From positions 2,385-66,384 of the forward strand of contig JBEKJO010000027.1 of NCBI GenBank assembly GCA_050011195.1: a DNA stretch of 64,000 nt. Reading direction: 5' to 3'. A model generated the notes under the pieces. It was given only the letters and a program-made list of their open reading frames with translations, had not been told where the DNA came from and did not search any database. The DNA is from Verrucomicrobiota bacterium. Its GTDB lineage: Bacteria > Verrucomicrobiota > Verrucomicrobiia > Limisphaerales > UBA8199. Every line of letters starts with the position of its first letter. The first letter of the stretch is position 1. The position numbers were made by a program, and so were the translations under genes. Positions 56,365-64,000 of the stretch are shown here, one piece after another.

Positions 56365-57171
56365 TCACCCTCCCACTGCCGAATACTTCTTTATGCCCCG
56401 GCGCCAGGCAAGGCGCGCCACGCCGTAAGCGGCAACGACCCATAGGGCTTGGATCAGCAAACCGCTCACCAGGTCCGCGCCCGTTGTCTTGCCCATATAG
56501 ATGCTCACAGGAAAGTAGAGTTGATAAGGGAACGGCGTGAAGTAGAGCGCCTGTTCGACGCCGCGGGGCAGGATGTCCAGCGGGAAGAGGTGGCCGCTGG
56601 CGAGGTATTCGAAGGCAAACAGGATGAAGATGAACGTCGAGACCTCCAGCACCCAAAACGCCAGCATCGCCATCGCGTAGGACATGAAGAACTGGAGCAA
56701 CGCCGTCAGGACCGTCGAGAGCAGGAAGCAGCCCAAGGCGGTCCAACTCGGCGGCAGCACAAAGTACTGGTGCAGGTAAAGGATGAAGAGCGCCAGCGGT
56801 GTGACCGCCACGGCGAGGTACGTCACCCGGCCGGACAGGAACAGGCAGAGCCGGTACCAGAGGTAATCAATCGGCTTGAGCAGGAACTGGCTGATGTTGC
56901 CATCCTTGATGTCGGCGGCAATCTGCCAATCGTCCTCGTTTACCGCCGTCAGGGCGTCCACCACGGTGATGAGCAGGTAATAGGAGATCATCTGCGCGAG
57001 GGAATAGGTGCCGACGGTGGTTCCGGCGCCCTTGTCCGAGTAGATTTTCTGCCACACGTACAGCATGGCGATGAGCGGGATGAGGCCGAACACCGCTCGC
57101 GCCAGGAAGTTGAACCGGTAGGTCAGGTTGTTCTGAATCCCGATATTGATGACATGCCAGTATTTCTTCAT
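56365..57171 (-). CDS. ABC-2 type permease (DUF990/ABC2_membrane_6-like)
   Basis: The start is at MKKYWHVINIGIQNNLTYRFNF (57171), and the C-terminus is ..KKYSAVGG. Confidence 0.75.
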   Translation of the reverse strand: MKKYWHVINIGIQNNLTYRFNFLARAVFGLIPLIAMLYVWQKIYSDKGAGTTVGTYSLAQMISYYLLITVVDALTAVNEDDWQIAADIKDGNISQFLLKPIDYLWYRLCLFLSGRVTYLAVAVTPLALFILYLHQYFVLPPSWTALGCFLLSTVLTALLQFFMSYAMAMLAFWVLEVSTFIFILFAFEYLASGHLFPLDILPRGVEQALYFTPFPYQLYFPVSIYMGKTTGADLVSGLLIQALWVVAAYGVARLAWRRGIKKYSAVGG

Positions 57172-57403
57172 CTTGCCGGTTGGGGAAACCGTTGAAACGG
57201 TTTCCCACGCTCCGAGTGCGCCAGGCACCCCGCTGAAGCGGGGTGTTAAATGAGGGCCGATCGCCAACAGCGAAGAAATCTGTCCTGCGCCCTTGAAAAG
57301 CACAAGCGTAATCCCTCCGTGACGGCGGGGAGGGGCGCATCCGCGCACTGCCCCCGAGAGTGGTCCGATCTGGTGGAATCTCGCGCCTGCTTCGACTCAA
57401 ACG

Positions 57404-57476
57404 CCCCTCCTCTCCCCAGCCCTCTCCTCCATTTCATGGAGGAGAGGGAGTTGTGTCACGGGTATCTCGGGGGGGC
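57404..57476. repeat. Family D hairpin element
   Basis: The hairpin is ccctctcctcc atttcat ggaggagaggg. Confidence 0.75.
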
Positions 57477-57596
57477 AGTCGCGCCCGGCATTTGCGCCCG
57501 CCTTCACTGACCGGCTACGCACAAGGGCGGAATAAGGCTGGCGTTTTCCAGGCGGCGGGGTGAAGATGGGGCCTGCCGTTCACAACCAACAAAGCG

Positions 57597-58073
57597 ATGA
57601 TTGATCAAAAGCACTGTCCGTTTTGCAGGACGCCGGCGACCACCGGGTGCGAGCACCTGGCGGTGGCGGCGGAAGGGCGGGATTTTGTCCGGCGTTGCAT
57701 TGAGCTGTGCCAGGGAGAGAAGCAGTGGCGGGCCCTGGGCGAGGGGCGGCGGCGGCAGCGCCTCGTTACCGGCGAATGGTCGCCGGAACGGGAAGATTAC
57801 ACGTGGCTGGAGACGGCGTTCTGCGATGAGTTTCTCAAGCGGCTCGCCTGGTTCGGAGGAATGGAATACGAATGGCGGTCCGGACCCAAGTCCACGCAGA
57901 CGGGTTTCTGGGTGTTGCTGTGGTCGAAAGACCCGCGGCAGCTCTGGTGGGAATTGCGCGACGAGTTCGAGCGGCAGGCGCAGGAACGGCGGTCGCCGCG
58001 GGGCGGCAGCCCGAAGGCCAAAGGCAGAAGCCCGAAGTTCGAGAGCCGGGGCGAAAGATCATTGCCGCTTTGA
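57597..58073 (+). CDS. Hypothetical protein with an N-terminal Cys cluster
   Basis: It begins MIDQKHCPFCRTPATTGCEH and has a Trp-rich middle and a basic tail. It does not overlap the downstream gene once that gene's start is corrected. Confidence 0.5.
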   Translation: MIDQKHCPFCRTPATTGCEHLAVAAEGRDFVRRCIELCQGEKQWRALGEGRRRQRLVTGEWSPEREDYTWLETAFCDEFLKRLAWFGGMEYEWRSGPKSTQTGFWVLLWSKDPRQLWWELRDEFERQAQERRSPRGGSPKAKGRSPKFESRGERSLPL

Positions 58074-58116
58074 AGCGTGGTGTTGCCGGAATGAGAAAGG
58101 CCGCTACACTCGGCCC

Positions 58117-59187
58117 ATGATTCGGAACATCATCTTCGACTGGTCGGGGACGCTTGTGGACGACCTGCCCGCCGTGTGGCAGGCGACCAACTACGTTCTG
58201 ACGCAGTCCGAGCGGTCAGAGATGAGCCTGGAGCAGTTCCGCGCCGAGTTCTGCCTGCCCTTCACGATATTCTACGACCGGCATGTGCCGCACATTCCCC
58301 TGCCGCAACTGGAGAGCTGGTTTCACAGCCGCTTCCGGCAGGTGCAGGATTCGGTCTGCGCGCTGCCTCATGCGCGCGAGTTCCTCGAGTTTTGCCGGGC
58401 GCGCAAGCTCCGGACCTTCCTGCTGAGCACCGTCCATCGCGACCATTTCGCCGTGCAATCGGCGATCACGGGGTTTGGCCCGTATCTGGACAAGCCGTAT
58501 GTGAACGTCTGGGACAAGCGCAAGAAGATCCATGAAATGCTGGCAGAGAACGCTTTGGTCCCGGACGAAACGCTGTTCATCGGGGACATGCAGCACGACA
58601 TTGAGACGGCCCGGCACGGGGGCATTCACTCGTGCGCGGTGCTGACGGGCTACAACACGCTGGAGCAACTGCGCGCGGCGGAGCCGGATTTGATCGTGGA
58701 ACACCTGGGCGAGCTGCGCGCAGTGCTGCAGCAGAATGACCTGCACCTCAAACCGCAGGGCCAGCGACTCGAGGAGAGCCATCGGCCCATCGTGACGGTC
58801 GGCGGCTTGATCTTTGACGGCGCCGGCCAGGCGCTGATGATTCGCACGCATAAATGGTCGAATCTCTGGGGCATCCCGGGGGGCAAGGTCAAGTGGGGCG
58901 AGCCATGCCTGGAGGCCTTGCGCCGCGAGATTCGGGAGGAGACCGGCCTGGCCGTCACGGACGTGGAGTTTGTCCTGGTACAGGATTGCATCCACTCGAA
59001 AGAATTCTATCGCGATGCGCACTTTGTTCTGCTGAACTACACCTGCCGGTGCGCGGGCGAGCCGGCGGTTAAGCTGAATGACGAGGCCCGCGAGTTTCGC
59101 TGGGTGACGGCGGCGCAGGCCCTCGAGCTGCCGCTCAACCAGCCGACGCGCAAGCTGCTGCAGGCCGTGGCGGCGCTGAAGCGCTAA
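58117..59187 (+). CDS. HAD-superfamily hydrolase fused to a NUDIX hydrolase
   Basis: The HAD part has motif I IIFDWSGTLVDD and motif IV GDMQHD. The C-terminal NUDIX box is GGKVKWGEPCLEALRREIREETGL. The start is at 58117. Confidence 0.85.
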   Translation: MIRNIIFDWSGTLVDDLPAVWQATNYVLTQSERSEMSLEQFRAEFCLPFTIFYDRHVPHIPLPQLESWFHSRFRQVQDSVCALPHAREFLEFCRARKLRTFLLSTVHRDHFAVQSAITGFGPYLDKPYVNVWDKRKKIHEMLAENALVPDETLFIGDMQHDIETARHGGIHSCAVLTGYNTLEQLRAAEPDLIVEHLGELRAVLQQNDLHLKPQGQRLEESHRPIVTVGGLIFDGAGQALMIRTHKWSNLWGIPGGKVKWGEPCLEALRREIREETGLAVTDVEFVLVQDCIHSKEFYRDAHFVLLNYTCRCAGEPAVKLNDEAREFRWVTAAQALELPLNQPTRKLLQAVAALKR

Positions 59188-59198
59188 ACGAAAGAAGC

Positions 59199-59555
59199 AT
59201 GTCAAAGATTACAATTGTCGATCTGGAAGTCTTTTATTGTGTCGGTGTGACGGATGAAGAGCGCGCGAAGCCGCAGCGCCTGCTGCTGACGGTGGATATG
59301 AACTTTGATTTCTCCTCCGCCGCGGTGAGCGACCGAATCGAACGGACGATCAACTACCAGACCGTGGCGGATGACTTGCTGAAGTTCGGCGAGGGCCGGA
59401 GTTGGAAGCTGGTCGAGAAACTGGTTGCCAATGTTGCGGACAGAATTCTGGCGGAGTACAAACCGCAGGCGGTCATGGTGGAGGCCAAGAAGTTTTCCAT
59501 TCCGCAGGCCCGCTTTGTCTCGGTCAGCACGGGCAGTTCCCGCCCGCCGCGCTAG
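59199..59555 (+). CDS. folB: Dihydroneopterin aldolase
   Basis: VFYCVGVTDEERAKPQRLLLTVDM...INYQTV is a FolB pattern. Confidence 0.85.
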   Translation: MSKITIVDLEVFYCVGVTDEERAKPQRLLLTVDMNFDFSSAAVSDRIERTINYQTVADDLLKFGEGRSWKLVEKLVANVADRILAEYKPQAVMVEAKKFSIPQARFVSVSTGSSRPPR

Positions 59556-59654
59556 GCCGTATCCGAGTGGTCCGGGAGAGAGAAGATTGACGCAAAGGCG
59601 CGGAGGGGCAGAGGCGGAGAGCCGATGAATCCGTCGGCTCAAACCACCCGCAGG

Positions 59655-60110
59655 TCAGCCCGGGACGCCGGTAATGTAGGTTTGCAACTGGCTGATGGTG
59701 GTGTGCTGGGCGGAGATAATCCAGTTCACCAGGTCCCCAATCGAAACGATGCCCATAATCTTGTCGCCGTCCAGCACGGGGAGGTGCCGGAAGTGATGAT
59801 CGGTCATCAGTCGCAGGCATTCCTCGACGGTGTGGGACGGGCTCACGTGGATGACGTGGCTCGAAAGGATTTCCCTCACCGCCGTCGTTTTGGACGCCTT
59901 GCCCTTGACCACGATCTTGCGGGTGTAGTCGCGTTCCGAAATGATGCCCACCAGTTTGTTGTTCTCCGTTACCAGCAGCGCGCCGACGTTCTTGTCGGCC
60001 ATCATCACGATGGCCTCGAAAACCGTGGCGTCCGGGGAGATGGACCAGACGGTGTTGCCTTTATGGCTGAGAATCTCGCTAATCGTTCCATTTGGGTTCA
60101 TTGCTGACAC
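59655..60110 (-). CDS. CBS-domain pair protein
   Basis: It contains two CBS motifs (NVGALLV...GIISERD and HLPVLD...GIVSIGD). Confidence 0.85.
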   Translation of the reverse strand: MSAMNPNGTISEILSHKGNTVWSISPDATVFEAIVMMADKNVGALLVTENNKLVGIISERDYTRKIVVKGKASKTTAVREILSSHVIHVSPSHTVEECLRLMTDHHFRHLPVLDGDKIMGIVSIGDLVNWIISAQHTTISQLQTYITGVPG

Positions 60111-60226
60111 AGCTTATCACGGCCCGGCGCGAATGACACGAGATTTCTTGCGGGGATAGACCGCCCACAGCGGGAGAGGAGTGGAGAAGGGGATCGGTGA
60201 AGCGGCGCGGGTGCGCGCGCGGGAGT

Positions 60227-61003
60227 TCAATGAACAAATTCCTTGTAGAAGGTCGCCGCCGAAATGAGGAAGCCGATGAGGGTGATGATTTGCCGGACGC
60301 GCTGCTGCGGAATTCGTTGGGCGTAATGGGAACCCAGGAAGTAGCCGAGCAAGGCTCCCGCGGTCATCACCCCGGCTTTGGGCCAGTGAACCAGGCCGGC
60401 GAGAATGAACCACACCGCGGCGACCAGGTTGATCAGCGAGGTGAGCATGGTCTTTAGGGCGTTCATCTCGTGGATGTTGCTCAAGCCGATGAACCCCAGG
60501 GAGGCGAGCATGAGGATGCCGATGCCGGCGCCGAAGTAGCCGCCGTAAATGGCCACCGCGAGCTGGAACAGAATGGCTCCGCCCACTGCAGGATGTTTCC
60601 CTTCGCGCGAGGCCTGGGCGCCGAAGTTGGCCAAGCGCCGGAAGGTGCCTTGGGCCAGGAACAGCACGGTGGCAAACAGGATCAGGAACGGCACCAGTTT
60701 GGAGAAGGTCTGGTTGCTGGTGCAGGTGAGCAGGACGGCGCCGATCAACCCCCCGACGGCGCTGACGGGCGCAAAGCGCCAGAGCCAGGGCCGGATGGGG
60801 TCGAGATGTCTCCGGTAACCGTAAATGCCCCCCGAGGTGCCAATGACCAGAGCCAGCGTGCTAGTGGCGTTGGCAATGATCGGCGGTGTGCCAAAGACGA
60901 GCAGCGCAGGAAACGTCACCAGCGTCCCGCCGCCGGCCACGGCATTGATCGCGCCGCCCGCTGTCGCGGCGACCGTTAGCCCCAGGATTTCAGTCACCGA
61001 CAT
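60227..61003 (-). CDS. TauE/SafE (TSUP) family membrane transporter
   Basis: It has 7-8 TM helices and repeated GGG/GxGGG segments. Confidence 0.8.
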   Translation of the reverse strand: MSVTEILGLTVAATAGGAINAVAGGGTLVTFPALLVFGTPPIIANATSTLALVIGTSGGIYGYRRHLDPIRPWLWRFAPVSAVGGLIGAVLLTCTSNQTFSKLVPFLILFATVLFLAQGTFRRLANFGAQASREGKHPAVGGAILFQLAVAIYGGYFGAGIGILMLASLGFIGLSNIHEMNALKTMLTSLINLVAAVWFILAGLVHWPKAGVMTAGALLGYFLGSHYAQRIPQQRVRQIITLIGFLISAATFYKEFVH

Positions 61004-61088
61004 TCTTGGCGCGGGAGGATAAAGGTGGATCAGTGCAACTCAAGGGCAACCTGTGAAGCGAGCGCTCTGCATTCAGAAACCCATTTTG

Positions 61089-62183
61089 CTACGAATAAGG
61101 AAGCAAGACCTTGACCAAGGCGTCGAGTTGGCGGCGGCTGTGTTCGCTGGAGATGACAAAGCGAAAGTAGCCGCCCGGGGGGCCGCCGGGATACTTGATG
61201 AACGGCGGGTAAATGCCCGCTGCCAGAAGAGCGCGGTTCAAGCGGGCCGCTTCACTCGCGCGCCGGGGGAGCAGGGGCACAATCGGCCCGGGCGTTTCGG
61301 CCAGCGGCAGGCCAGCTTCGCGCAAGGCGGCTTTCACGTAGGCTGCGTTCCCGACCAGTCTTCGCCTCAGGCCCTTGTCCGCCTTGAGTATCCGCACGCC
61401 TTCCAGTGCTGCGTTGACCAGCGGCAAGGGTGGGGCGGTGCTGCCGACGAACATCCGGCTCCGGTCCAAGATTTGCTGGCGGAACCGGGCGGTTCCGAGA
61501 ATCGCGCCGCCATAAGCGCCGAACGCCTTGCTCAACGTGACAGTTTGAATGATGCGGCGGCGGCCCACGCCCGCATGTTCGAGCGCGCCCTGGCCGGTGC
61601 GGCCCAGGACCCCGGCGCCGTGGGCGTCGTCCACAAGGATCAGCGCGTCTTTGGGAATCACCTGCAGGTATTCGGCCAGCGGGGCGGCTGAGCCGTCCTG
61701 CGAAAACATCCCGTCGGTGAGCACCAGCAGCTTCGACTGGGGACCGCAGCGCCGGACGGAGCGGGCCAGGGCTTCGGCATCCCGGGACTTGAACTGAAGC
61801 ACGGGGCATTCCAGGAAGCGCGCCGCGTCCGACAGAGACGGATGCGAGCCCGCATCAATGAGCGCATGTGAGAAATTGCCCGCCAGGGCCTGGGCGACCA
61901 CCAGATTGGTCATGTAACCGCTGGAGACCAGCAGGGCGCTCTCTGCGGCGAAGAAGCCGGCCAGGTGCGCTTCCAGTTCACGGTAAAGCAGATGGTTGCC
62001 GGTGGTCAGCCGTGAGGCGGCGACGTTCAGTCCGTATTTCTTCACGCCGGCCTGCAAGGCGGCGATGACCCGCGGATGGCTGGCGAGGCGGAAGTAGTCG
62101 CAGCCGGAGAAATAGGAGAGCGTGCGTTGGCGAAAGCGCACATAGGTGCGGCTGGTTTGCTGAAGCGGCTCGGGCTCGGTCAT
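61089..62183 (-). CDS. PLP-dependent alpha-oxoamine synthase (8-amino-7-oxononanoate synthase-like)
   Basis: The motifs DDAHGAGVLG and TLSKAFGAYGG (PLP lysine) are present. Confidence 0.8.
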   Translation of the reverse strand: MTEPEPLQQTSRTYVRFRQRTLSYFSGCDYFRLASHPRVIAALQAGVKKYGLNVAASRLTTGNHLLYRELEAHLAGFFAAESALLVSSGYMTNLVVAQALAGNFSHALIDAGSHPSLSDAARFLECPVLQFKSRDAEALARSVRRCGPQSKLLVLTDGMFSQDGSAAPLAEYLQVIPKDALILVDDAHGAGVLGRTGQGALEHAGVGRRRIIQTVTLSKAFGAYGGAILGTARFRQQILDRSRMFVGSTAPPLPLVNAALEGVRILKADKGLRRRLVGNAAYVKAALREAGLPLAETPGPIVPLLPRRASEAARLNRALLAAGIYPPFIKYPGGPPGGYFRFVISSEHSRRQLDALVKVLLPYS

Positions 62184-62239
62184 GGCGGTAACGTATAAGC
62201 CAGCCCCCGGCGAAGGGCACGAAGAAAGTGAAGTGCGGG

Positions 62240-62665
62240 TTATGGTTTCGGCGCTGCGGCCTGCGGCATGAGCTGCACCACGTCCCCCGGTTGCAGCGGG
62301 ATGTCCACCCCGCTCAGCAATTGTTTGGGATCAACGCGGGTCGCCATGCCGTTATGCACGATGATGATCTGGCCCGGGTCTTTGGCGCCGTAGTAATCGG
62401 CGGCGAGCACGGCCTTGGCCAGGGTCAGACCTTCCGTCCAGGGAACGACGCGGTTCCGGACCTCGCCATTTACCGTCACGCAGGGCCCCTGACCCAGGGT
62501 CTGAGTTTGCTGCATTCTCGTCATTGCCTGCTGCTGTCCGGCTATATAGGCGGCGCGCGCCTGGGCGTTGGCCTTGCTTTTGGTGACACAGCCTCCGAGC
62601 GCGACCGCCACGAGCAACGGGACGCACAGACGGATGAGGAGCAACCATGACTGTTCACTGTTCAC
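62240..62665 (-). CDS. Lipoprotein with an SLBB/polysaccharide-export-like domain
   Basis: The lipobox is LLVAVALGGC, followed by VTVNGEVRNRVVPWTEGLTLAKAV...LQPGDVV. The start is uncertain: GTG at 62665, which overlaps the pilT stop, or TTG at 62644. Confidence 0.55.
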   Translation of the reverse strand: MNSEQSWLLLIRLCVPLLVAVALGGCVTKSKANAQARAAYIAGQQQAMTRMQQTQTLGQGPCVTVNGEVRNRVVPWTEGLTLAKAVLAADYYGAKDPGQIIIVHNGMATRVDPKQLLSGVDIPLQPGDVVQLMPQAAAPKP

Positions 62666-63863
62666 CGGGTCGCTTGAGAATCTTCCCGAATTCGCTCTCG
62701 CCGGGCTCAATCTCGATCCTCGCAGGCGCCTGGGTGCCCGGCACGCGTGAGGGCGAAACGTGTTTGGTCTCGGGCCTCGAAGGCTTGGGCGCGATGGGAA
62801 AGGCCGGCGGGCGCGCGGGGGGCGGCCCGGCTTCGCCCGGCTCGGCATCGGCCGCTTCGGGGCTTTGCCCGGGTATAAACCAGTTCTTGCGGCTGTCCAG
62901 CCACGTCCGATACCGCTGCACCGTCCACATGCCATGCTCGGCGCCCGTCTCCAGCGAGGAGGTGATCTTAAAGAAGTCGCGGTTGCGGATGAAGTTCTTC
63001 ACCGCATGAGTCGGGACGAGAATCTCGCATTCCGGCACACGGATGTTTAGTTCGGGCCGAAAGTGCAGGCGCTGAGAGATGACGGCCAGCATGCAATCGG
63101 CCAGTTGCGCGGCGACGCTGCTTTGGATTTCGGCCGGGAAGGCGGACACCACCCGTTGCAGCGCTTCGACGCAGGTCGAGGAATGGACGGTGGCCATCAC
63201 CAGGTGCCCGGTCTCGGAGGCGCTGAGCGTTAGCCGCATGGTTTCCGGGTCGCGCATCTCGCCCACCATCAGCACGTCGGGGTCTTCGCGCAGGGAATCG
63301 ATGAGCGCCTGCTCGAAGCTGGGCGTGTCGCGTCCGACCTCCCGCTGGCGGATGTAGGCGCGGCGCGGGCGGAAGGTGTATTCGATAGGGCTCTCAATCG
63401 TCACAATGTGCCGCGTGTCGGTCACGTTGATCTCCTGAATCAAAGCGGCCAGGGTCGAGGATTTGCCGGAACCCGTCGCCCCGCTGACCAGGATCAAGCC
63501 GTTGTGGGCGGCGACCAGTTTCTTGAAGTCGGGATGCAAATTGAGCTTCTCGACGGTCGCGGTGAAGGTAGAGAGCAGGCGGATGGCGAAACCGACGCCA
63601 CGGGAGGTTTGGAGGATGTTAATGCGGCAGCGCACGCCGTGAAAGTTTCGGGAGCAGTCGAACGACTTCTGCTCCAGAAACCGCGGCCAGTCCTCGTCGC
63701 CGATCACGCGCCGCGCCATCTCCAGCAGCAGATTCCCCGGGAGGGGTTCGCCCGAGGTGCGCAGTGAGCCGCGAATCCGCAGTGCCGCCGGCAGCCCCGC
63801 TTCCAGGTGCAAATCGCTGGCGCCGTTCGTGGCCGCCAGATTGACTAATGAATCCAGGTCCAT
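62655..63863 (-). CDS. pilT: Type IV pilus retraction ATPase PilT-like, with a Pro-rich C-terminal extension
   Basis: ASDLHL, Walker A GATGSGKS, TIESPIEY and VGEMRD are present. About 55 extra Pro/Ala-rich residues lie at the C-terminus. Confidence 0.9.
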   Translation of the reverse strand: MDLDSLVNLAATNGASDLHLEAGLPAALRIRGSLRTSGEPLPGNLLLEMARRVIGDEDWPRFLEQKSFDCSRNFHGVRCRINILQTSRGVGFAIRLLSTFTATVEKLNLHPDFKKLVAAHNGLILVSGATGSGKSSTLAALIQEINVTDTRHIVTIESPIEYTFRPRRAYIRQREVGRDTPSFEQALIDSLREDPDVLMVGEMRDPETMRLTLSASETGHLVMATVHSSTCVEALQRVVSAFPAEIQSSVAAQLADCMLAVISQRLHFRPELNIRVPECEILVPTHAVKNFIRNRDFFKITSSLETGAEHGMWTVQRYRTWLDSRKNWFIPGQSPEAADAEPGEAGPPPARPPAFPIAPKPSRPETKHVSPSRVPGTQAPARIEIEPGESEFGKILKRPGEQ

Positions 63864-63930
63864 ACGCAGATTCTAACCGTCAACAACCGCCGTGGCAAAA
63901 AGTTCCTGCTATAGCCGGTTAACCGGGAAA

Positions 63931-64000
63931 TTTCATAGCGTGTAGCCGCCGACGGCAGTCGGCGCTGATTTTCAGTCCCGAGAGATGGCGCCGACTGCCG
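63931..64000. repeat. Family C palindromic element (truncated by the window end)
   Basis: catagcgtgtagccgccgacggcagtcggcgctgattttcagtcccgagagatggcgccgactgccg matches 28005-28095. Confidence 0.8.

Noticed and set aside
59600-59625. The hairpin gagccga-tgaatccg-tcggctc between folB and the CBS gene considered as a bidirectional terminator
   Set aside because: It has only a 7-bp stem and no U-tract on either strand.

Overview
The window looks like a high-GC chromosomal segment from a PVC-type bacterium. A Verrucomicrobiota-like origin is an inference from gene content and repeat families and cannot be verified here. Most of it is housekeeping and envelope genes: miaB, sucCD plus citrate synthase, lnt, a ClC channel, a wecA-like/GT4/TPR-membrane glycosylation cluster, an rlmD-like methyltransferase, mcsA-mcsB-clpC, ilvE, tRNA-Glu, nuoA, folB, a bioF-like gene and pilT. 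It also carries signalling genes: a REC-PAS-PP2C protein, a REC-histidine kinase hybrid, and an ECF sigma factor paired with a Ser/Thr kinase that has TPR repeats. The segment is unusually rich in dispersed palindromic or MITE-like repeat families (at least six) and in short-period (7-8 nt) tandem arrays, several of which sit inside reading frames. Two regions are visibly lower in G+C and look accessory. The first, about 5.1-8.4 kb, is a co-directional three-gene cassette next to a truncated protease remnant. It encodes a HEPN-like Rx4H protein, a protein with a possible Cys/His/Asp triad, and a fusion of ten Sel1 repeats to a CbbX/SpoVK-type AAA+ ATPase. I do not recognise it as a named system, and it is my best candidate for an undescribed defence or stress module. 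The second, about 51.4-53.6 kb, encodes a J-domain-Sel1 protein and small proteins, with a 26-nt motif present three times. Other notable items are two roughly 330-nt non-coding paralogous elements with compensatory base changes (a structured-RNA candidate), a 53-nt net deletion that frameshifts a large tandem-module secreted protein, and a heptamer tract at the 5' end of an ABC-2 permease gene. All calls come from reading the translations and the DNA by eye; no database search was possible.
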